Assembly: GCA_964016885.1 (NCBI GenBank)
Contig: OZ024740.1
Location: forward strand, 17,422,001-17,486,000
DNA length: 64,000 nt
DNA from: Eledone cirrhosa
Lineage: Eukaryota
Direction of reading: 5' to 3'
The notes beneath the pieces were generated by a model. The model searched no databases and was not told the DNA's origin. It was given only the letters and a program-made list of their open reading frames with translations. Positions within the stretch are counted from its first letter, which is position 1. Each line of letters opens with the position of its first letter. Positions 55,221-64,000 of this stretch are shown one piece after another. The position numbers and the translations under genes were made by a program.

Positions 55221-55225
<5 letters not shown>
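55128..55225 (-). repeat. Internally deleted second copy of the 45216-45378 TA-embedded cassette
   Basis: Shares TAAAATAACAGATTAAAGTTTAAGCAAAGAATCGCTGCTTTCA and GGATTTTAGTCTTCAAATTTATTATT ends; flanked by (TA)n. Confidence 0.85.
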
Positions 55226-55251
<26 letters not shown>

Positions 55252-55689
55252 ATGTGTGTGTTTGTGTGTGTGAACAACATATATAGTAGCTTCCAAAATT
55301 AGTTTACGTGTAATTTTAGATCCCATTAGGTGTTTGGAAAGGTATTTATTGTGTCTGGGGTGTAGGGCTACATCTAAAATTTCTTACATTAATTTTACCA
55401 TTAATCTGAAGATTTTGATAAGATGTCGTGGGAAATATTGAAGAGTTGACTTTACAAGGTTTCATAGATCTTTTCAAACTACCGCTAGAGTTCAGGGTGC
55501 AGGGTTATCATAGAGAATTAATTATGAGATTAGGTGCAGTTTTATTCTGAAAACATTTGGTTGTTTACATACACTGCTTGAATAAAGTTTCTGGTGACTT
55601 GAATCAGCAGAATGATATGAAGCTGTTTGAAAGCTCATCAGTTCCTATCCTGTAAAATATTCAGACAAATTGTCCTAAGTAAAGCAATG

Positions 55690-55940
55690 AATGGCTGTGT
55701 AGCTAAGAAAGAATGTCTCAGGAAAGAATTGATGGACAGATTTTACAGGCAAAAACCAACCGGCAGGAGACCCAGTGGTAGACCGTGAGCAAGATGGTTG
55801 GATAACATATATGAGATTGACTGGTCTCACTTTGGGGATCCAGTTGGAAACAGTTGCTTCTGGCAGGACCTGTTGGAAGGAGTGTCTGGGGACTCGGCCC
55901 TCACGACCCTCTCAGGAATACATGGGTGAAGAAGAAGAGT
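55690..55940 (+). mobile_element. Old, degenerate RTE-like C-terminal/3' remnant (third family)
   Basis: Frameshifted RMSQER..QILQAK.TGRRPSGRP..RWLDNI, resembling the RTE C-terminal GxRxxGRP..W motif. Confidence 0.5.
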
Positions 55941-56132
55941 GTGTGGTTATAAGATCTGGAGTTTCATTCCTGAACCAAGGGGTGCATTGTGTCCTTGAGC
56001 AAGAGCTGAAAAAAAATTAGTTGTTCCTGTAGTTCAATTGACTAGCTTTGTCACACACTGAATCTCCCTGAGGGTACATGTGTTTGTGGAATACACAGCC
56101 AGTTACATGTTAATTTTATTAGCAGGGAGCCA

Positions 56133-58960
56133 TGTAACACAAACTTTAAAAAACCCGACAACCACCTGATCACCTATAGATCAGGGGAGCACTCTAGTCA
56201 GTTAGATTTTATCCTCATCAGAGGACGTGACAGATGGACGGTCGTAAACACAAAAGCCTTCCCTAGTGAGGAATGTACATCCCAACATAGCTTAGTTGTC
56301 AGTGACCTCACGGTCAGAACTAGACGAGCCCTGAAACAGGCCAACCTGGAGAAGAAAGATCTGGAAGCTGAAAGTCCCCTCAACCAGTAACAGATTTAAA
56401 GATATTTTACTCAACGCCTACGACAGTAAAGAAGAACAGATAGAGACATTTAACGTAGAAGAGAACTGGGAGTTCCTAAAAAATAACTTACTAGAGGCGA
56501 CGGATGAGGTTTGTGGCTGGAGTAAGACCTCAAGCAGGAGGAGAGTGACTTGGTGGTGGAACAATAAGGTAGATGAAGCAGTCAAGGCCAAGAGACAGGC
56601 ATGGAAAGAATGGAAGAACGGGGGGAGCAGGGTACATTACATAGAGACCAAGAGGGAAGCTAGGCGACAAGTATACTTAGCTAGGAGGGAAGCAGAGGAT
56701 AGAAAATTCAAGCATGTTTTACAACGTGAGGACCAGAAACAGGAGGTATTCAAGATTGCGAGGCAGTGTGTCAGAGATAGTTGTGATGTCATTGGAGAGA
56801 AGTGTATCCGGAATGATAAAGGTGAGCTTGTCCTCACAAGTGCTGAGAAGAAAGATGCATGGAAGAGTCATTATGATAGATTACTAAATGAGGAGAATGC
56901 ATGGGAAGAAGAGACCCTACCCCACGTAGACCCTATAGAGGGACCAGCAGTACAAGTCAGCGGCAGCGTAGTAAGTAAGGCAATCAGAGATATGAAGATA
57001 GGGAAGGCAACCGGTCCATCGGGTATAGCTGCCGAGATGCTGAAGGCATCTGGGTCTGTAGGTCACACTATAACCACACGTATCGTTAACCAGGTAATAC
57101 TAGAGGGGGCCATACCAAAAGATTGGTGCAGTAGCATCATTGTCAACTGCTACAAAGGTAAAGGCGATGCACTAGATAGAGGAAACTATAGAGGTATAAA
57201 GGTGATGGACCAGGTCATGAAAGTAACAGAAAGAGTTATAGCACAGCTGATTAGGGACCAGGTGAATATAGACGAGATGCAATTTGGGTTTGTACCAGGG
57301 AAAGGCACCACTGATGCCCTCTTCCTTGTGAGGCAATTACAGGAAAAGTACCTAGCTAAAAGTAAGCCACTCTACTTGGCATTTGTCGACCTTGAGAAAG
57401 CCTTTGACAGAGTTCCACGTGCAGTAATCTGGTGGGCTCTTAGAAAACTAGGAGTAGATGAATGGCTTGTGAAAGCGGTACAAGCCATGTATAGGGGAGC
57501 AGTCAGCAAAGTTAGGATTGGCAATGAGTATAGCGAGGAATTTAGCGTACAGGTTGGGGTCCACCAGGGCTCTGTTCTTAGCCCTCTCCTGTTCATCATA
57601 GTCCTGCAGGCAATAACGGAGGAGTTTAAGACCGGATGCCCATGGGAACTCCTGTATGCTGATGACCTCGCACTCATAGCTGAATCTATGGTAGAACTAG
57701 AGAATAAATTCCAAACCTGGAAGCAGGGACTAGAGAGAAAGGGCCTCAAAGTCAACATGACAAAGACTAAGGTCCTTATAAGTAGATGAGAAAACAGAAC
57801 CCAGATCCCCTCAGGGAAATGGCCTTGCTCAGTATGTAGGAAAGGTGTAGGTAGGAACTCCATTCTCTGCCCCAAATGCAAACAATGGGTACACAAGAGA
57901 TGTAGCGGGATCTCAGGAAGCTTAATTAAGAATGTAGGATTCACATGCAGCAGCTGTGCTGAAACAGCAAGCAAACAGCCACAGGAAACAAGTACCACCA
58001 ATCTCCGGGAGGGCCCTGTAGAAACAGTAGACAGCTTCTGCTACCTAGGTGACCGAATTAGCAACGGAGGTGGGTGCTCAGAAAGTACAATAACTAGGGT
58101 AAGAACGGGATGGAAGAAGTTTAGGGAACTACTACCACTGCTAGCTGCAAAAGGCTTCTCCCTCAGAATGAAAGGCAGACTGTATGATGCGTGTATCCGA
58201 ACAGCGATGTTGCATGGTAGTGAGACCTGGGCGCTGAAGGTGGAAGACTTACGTAGATTAGAGAGAAACGAAGCCTGCATGCTCCGATGGATGTGTAACA
58301 GTAATATACGTGAACGACAAAGCATAAAGGAATTGAGAGAGAGACTGAGCATAAGAGGAATCAAATGCTGCGTGCAGGAGAGGCGGTTACGCTGGTATGG
58401 ACATGTGATGCGTATGAAGGATGACAGCTGCATAAAAAGGTGCAGAGCACTAGAAGTTGATGGAAACCGCGGAGTGGGGAGACCCAAGATGACTTGGGAT
58501 GAGGTGATAAAAGCCGACCTTACCCAACTACACCTCTCAAAGTCAATGACACACGACCGTGACTTCTGGCGTCACGCAGTAATACAGGGTACCCGACCTC
58601 CCATGGGTACATGCTGAAGCATATAAACAATATGCCCCCCCCCCCCCACCGCAAGGTGGTCGTGGAGGTGCCACGGCAAAAAAGCACCCAGCCCACACTG
58701 TAAAGTGGACGTGTAGGCGCCACGAAAAAGCACCCAGCACTCACTGTAAAGTGGACGTGTAGGCGCCACGAAAAAGCACCCAGCACTCACTGTAAATGAG
58801 GTTGGTGTTAGGAAGGGCATCCAGCTGTAGAAATCAAGCCAGATCAGTTCCTGTATGAGCAAGGCATGGTCAGCCGACCAGACACTGCCCACAACAGGAC
58901 AACCCGTCTAACCCATGCTAGCGTGGAAGAACGGACGTAAAACGGTGATGATGATGATGA
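56133..58960 (+). mobile_element. RTE family B, 5'-truncated in the endonuclease, with frameshift and stop
   Basis: CNTNFKKPDNHLITYRSG start, frameshift at ~56340, RT ORF 56545-57789 ending in a premature TGA, PHD-type finger, C-terminus to 58617, (GAT)n tail. Confidence 0.95.
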
Positions 58961-59388
58961 TACACATACACATTCTTATGTACACACACATTCTTATGTA
59001 TACACATACACATTCTTATGTACACACATACACATTCTTATGTACACACACATTCTTATGTATACACATACACATTCTTATGTACACTCATACACATTCT
59101 TATGTACACACATACACATTCTTATGTATACACATACACATTCTTATGTACACACATACACATTCTTATGTATACACATACACATTCTTATGTATACACA
59201 TACACATTCTTATGTATACACATACACATTCTTATGTATACACATACACATTCTTATGTATACACATACACATTCTTATGTATACACATACACATTCTTA
59301 TGTATACACATACACATTCTTATGTATACACATACACATTCTTATGTATACACATACACATTCTTATGTATACACATACACATTCTTA
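58960..59388. repeat. 22/20-bp minisatellite (TA)TACACATACACATTCTTATG
   Basis: About 20 tandem units starting directly after the RTE (GAT)n tail. Confidence 0.95.
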
Positions 59389-60849
59389 TTTAGATTGAGG
59401 AAGGAGAGAATGGATCAATCACTGTTTATACAACTTACAAACATTGATGGCCTCTACTTTCCTCTCCTCTCTCATCTCTTTCCCATCCCCTCCTTCCTGT
59501 TTGTGTCCTCCTTCTCCTCTCTCATCCCCCCACCCCCTTTGCCTTCCTGTTTGTCTCCCTCTTTCTCCTACTCCCTGTTCTCTCAATCATCCCATCTCCA
59601 CCTCATCCTCCCCTCTTTTCCACCCCTCCTCCTTTCCCTGCTTTCCTTATCCCACCCTAATTCCCCTCCCCTCCTCTCTATCATAGACACACCCATTCAC
59701 CCTTCTATCTTGGACAGCATGCTTTGATGCATAGAGTTACGGCCCTTGCCATTCTGAGTTCAAATCCCGCCGAGGTTAACTTTGCCTTTCATCCTTACGG
59801 GGTTGATAAAATAAAGTACCAGTAATACACTGGGGTAATTGCTGGCCTTGTTCAAAAGTAGAAACAATTATCTCTTACTCCTCCTCCACACAAAAACTCT
59901 GTCTCAACCTCCCCTTCTCCCCCCTCATCAGACACCTGCTCCCATCTCTGTCCTCCACCCGCCCACACTAAAGTATTGGATTAGTTATTTCAGCACTACT
60001 ATCACCTGCACATACCAACAGTCCCCTTCATTCTGACCCCATGCTACCTTCTACATCTCTTCTAACTTAATTTCTCTTGGCACCTTCATCATCCAGATCT
60101 CAGGCATACTCGGACCCCTGCTGAGCTCCTACACAGCAGCCCATCTGATGAAGGAGCCCTGTGAGGTGGGGTGGCTGTTGCAGCATGTGTTGCTGGCTAT
60201 TGTCTGTGGGGTTCATCCCTAACACCGCCATTCCCTAGGCCCAGAGCCCATCACCCTCCCCACTCCCTTTCTTCTGAGGCCCTACAGTCCTTACTTTTCC
60301 CCTTCTTTCCCTCTCAGTTATGGCTTTCATAGTCCTTTCCACTATTAATTAAATTGAATTAATGATCACTGCAAGAAATAAGCTGATTAGTATAGATTTG
60401 GGTTTGGTCTGTGTAGGCGTCTCTACAGTTGTGTGTTGGTATGTAGGTGTATATATGTATATGTGTGCATGTGTTTGCACATGCAGCATCTGTCAGGCGA
60501 TATATTGCAATTAGCTCCCTAACAACAACAGTAACAACTATTGATTTTTATACATTAAGTTGCTGGTTCCAGTGTTTATCAAGGTGATCGCATGTTATAA
60601 TTGATAGAACATATCTCACTAGTATATTACTGGTACTTAATATTTTTATTAACCTTTGAATGAAGGTCAATAACTTACTTGAACAGCACATGTTTAATAT
60701 TAAACAATATATAGAGTAGTGAGGGGTGTGAATGAGTCTTTAGAACGGCAGGTAGAATGCTTTGTAGTATTTGTTTCAACTCTGTGACCTCTCAGTTCAA
60801 ATCCCGCTGAGATCAACTTTGCCTTTTGTCCGTTTAAGGTTGATTCTTC

Positions 60850-62676
60850 ATCTATATCACCTTCCACTTCCATTCTCTCACCCTCTCTATCACCTTCCAC
60901 TTCCACTCTCTCACCCTCTATATCACCTTCCACTTCCATTCTCTCACCCTCTCTATCACCTTCCACTTCCATTCTCTCACCCTCTCTATCACCTTCCACT
61001 TCCATTCTCTTACCCTCTCTATCACCTTCCACTTCCATTCTCTCACCCTCTCTATCACCTTCCACTTCCATTCTCTCACCCTCTCTATCATCTTCCACTT
61101 CCATTCTCTTACCCTCTCTATCACCTTCCACTTCCATTCTCTCACCCTCTCTATCACCTTCCACTTCCATTCTCTCACCCTCTCTATCACCTTCCACTTC
61201 CATTCTCTCACCCTCTCTATCACCTTCCACTTCCATTCTCTCACCCTCTCTATCACCTTCCACTTCCATTCTCTTACCCTCTCTATCACCTTCCACTTCC
61301 ATTCTCTCACCCTCTCTATCACCTTCCACTTCCATTCTCTCACCCTCTCTATCACCTTCCACTTCCATTCTCTCACCCTCTCTATCACCTTCCACTTCCA
61401 TTCTCTCACCCTCTCTATCATCTTCCACTTCCATTCTCTCACCCTCTCTATCACCTTCCACTTCCATTCTCTCACCCTCTCTATCACCTTCCACTTCCAC
61501 TCTCTCACCTTCCACTTCCATTCTCTTACCCTCTCTATCACCTTCTACTTCCATTCTCTCACCCTCTCTATCACCTTCCACTTCCATTCTCTCACCCTCT
61601 CTATCACCTTCCACTTCCATTCTCTCACCCTCTCTATCACCTTCCACTTCCATTCTCTCACCCTCTCTATCACCTTCCACTTCCACTCTCTCACCTTCCA
61701 CTTCCATTCTCTTACCCTCTCTATCACCTTCCACTTCCATTCTCTCACCCTCTCTATCACCTTCCACTTCCACTCTCTCACCTTCCACTTCCATTCTCTT
61801 ACCCTCTCTATCACCTTCCACTTCCATTCTCTCACCCTCTCTATCACCTTCCACTTCCACTCTCTCACCTTCCACTTCCATTCTCTTACCCTCTCTATCA
61901 CCTTCCACTTCCATTCTCTCACCCTCTCTATCACCTTCCACTTCCATTCTCTCACCCTCTCTATCACCTTCCACTTCCACTCTCTCACCTTCCACTTCCA
62001 TTCTCTTACCCTCTCTATCACCTTCCACTTCCATTCTCTCACCCTCTCTATCACCTTCCACTTCCACTCTCTCACCTTCCACTTCCATTCTCTTACCCTC
62101 TCTATCACCTTCCACTTCCATTCTCTCACCCTCTCTATCACCTTCCACTTCCACTCTCTCACCTTCCACTTCCATTCTCTTACCCTCTCTATCACCTTCC
62201 ACTTCCATTCTCTCACCCTCTCTATCACCTTTCACTTCCATTCTCTCACCCTCTCTATCACCTTCCACTTCCATTCTCTCACCCTCTCTATCACCTTCCA
62301 CTTCCACTCTCTCACCTTCCACTTCCATTCTCTTACCCTCTCTATCACCTTCCACTTCCATTCTCTCACCCTCTCTATCACCTTCCACTTCCATTCTCTC
62401 ACCCTCTCTATCACCTTCCACTTCCATTCTCTCACCCTCTCTATCACCTTCCACTTCCATTCTCTCACCCTCTCTATCACCTTCCACTTCCATTCTCTCA
62501 CCCTCTCTATCACCTTCCACTTCCATTCTCTCACCCTCTCTATCACCTTCCACTTCCATTCTCTCACCCTCTCTATCACCTTCCACTTCCATTCTCTTAC
62601 CCTCTCTATCACCTTCCACTTCCATTCTCTTACCCTCTCTATCACCTTCCACTTCCATTCTCTTACCCTCTCTATC
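60850..62676. repeat. 33-bp pyrimidine-rich minisatellite with 21-bp variant units
   Basis: Unit CCTTCCACTTCCATTCTCTCACCCTCTCTATCA; short unit CCTTCCACTTCCACTCTCTCA; no G on the + strand. Confidence 0.97.
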
Positions 62677-63479
62677 CTTCTCTGGAAGAAATCTGTTGTA
62701 TTCAGACCTGGAGAGGAAATGGGCTTTGTCAGGTTTAAAAAATGCCCTAAGAAATTCCTTGTGTCAATATGCCACCCCTTACCATTCGGGAGTTATGGGT
62801 TCATACATATAGAGTAGTGCTTCCCAACCTTTCAACTGACAAGGACCATTTATATTTAAATGGATCCCATATCTCCTCCCACTATCATTACTCTCCCCTC
62901 CCACACATCACCACACACCTCCCCACTATCATCACTCCCCCAACATCATTACCCCCCCCCCCCACCACCACCACCACCACTATCATCACCCCCACCACTA
63001 TCATCACCCCCCTCCCCACTTCCGAGAGTCAGACCAATGACCAATGTAGAAATGGCTGTCCCAGTAACAAGTACGTTTTTTAACAAAGTACTTGAAATAT
63101 TGCCTTTATCTCAGAGAACCCCAGGGCAACCTTTACATATCCCCAGCCTAAAAGAAACCCACCACTATATAATGGTTTCTGATTTAGGCACAAGATCAAC
63201 AATTTAAATTGAACCAGTATGTTACTGGTACTTTATTTTACGATAATGACCTCGTAAGGATGAAAGGTAAAAGCTAACCCTCAATGAGATTTGTACTTAG
63301 AAGGTAAAGTGTCATAACTCTATACTGCAAAGCATGTCCGATGCTGTACCAATTATTGCCACTCTACCGCTATATAATATAGTTGCTTTTTTACCATTTC
63401 TAACAGCTGTCTTCATCATTTACATCAATAATTTGTCTCCTTTATCATAGCCCAACAAGAGAGTTGCTCTGTGATTGAT

Positions 63480-63905
63480 TCACCTCCTAGGAATAGCTAA
63501 ACAATTTGCCTCCATTCATGCCTTACTCTTATGTATATGTGAGCTACTGATATAGGCCTCTATACAGCCAAATCTCCCCCCAAGACTCATATGTGTGTTA
63601 GAGCCAATGTGCTAGACCTGGTAAAAATAGTTAAATCTTCTCCAGATCAACCCTTCCACTGTCATTTTTTTTATGTGTTAGCCAACAAGAAAATCTCAAT
63701 GGTAGCTAGACCTGTTAAAAATAGCAGCCAAATCCCTAGCTACTGAATTAAAGTAAAGAGACATTTGGTAACGTAATCCTAGATATAGTTTCAATGAAAC
63801 ATTGGTTAACTATGGCTACAAATAGTTGTTCTTATAGACCTTTAATGGAGTCTCCATACAGTCACTTGACCTGCTAAAAGTAGCAATCAAAATTTCCTCA
63901 AACAG
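63480..63905. repeat. Dispersed degenerate motif GACCTG(C/T)TAAAAATAGCAGCCAAATC
   Basis: Variants at ~63481, ~63611, ~63705 and ~63866. Confidence 0.45.
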
Positions 63906-64000
63906 TGTAAAGGGATGTAAATAAATTCTGAAAGACATGTTTGAATCTAGATATTCTATTATTAACTACCATAATCATAACAATTTCCATATAAGTAGAT

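Noticed and set aside
60140-60200. CTGATGA as a hammerhead core (also at 36996)
   Set aside because: No GAAA after a stem II and no stem III/NUH; the 36996 case is SINE-internal.
60700-62738. 652/655-aa ORFs on both strands as genes
   Set aside because: Entirely minisatellite-derived, and their non-repeat ends run into a SINE fragment.
63020-63076. Possible small exon (..TNDQCRNGCPSNK|GTACGT)
   Set aside because: The acceptor is ambiguous and lies in low-complexity C-rich sequence; insufficient support.

Overview
Eukaryotic, repeat-dominated DNA; the SINE, RTE and microsatellite repertoire resembles an octopod cephalopod (inference). Bases 1-33286 are a single-orientation 52-bp satellite array (~640 monomers) with a built-in hairpin and nested higher-order duplications (364 bp, 4245 bp, 7000 bp, ~3.8-3.9 kb and longer offsets); every ORF listed there is a repeat artefact. 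Bases 33287-64000 are a mobile-element cluster: two related RTE LINE families with (GAT)n tails and a PHD-type finger after the RT domain, a CR1/L2-type LINE split by an RTE insertion, a defective DD37D(maT)-like Tc1/mariner with intact TIRs, tRNA-derived SINEs, (TA)n-rich microsatellites hosting many of the insertions, and several minisatellites. There is one plausible host exon (35446-35506) and a degenerate type I hammerhead-ribozyme fold (45225-45298, minus) in a small TA-embedded cassette that recurs at ~55.1 kb. No intact host gene is visible.
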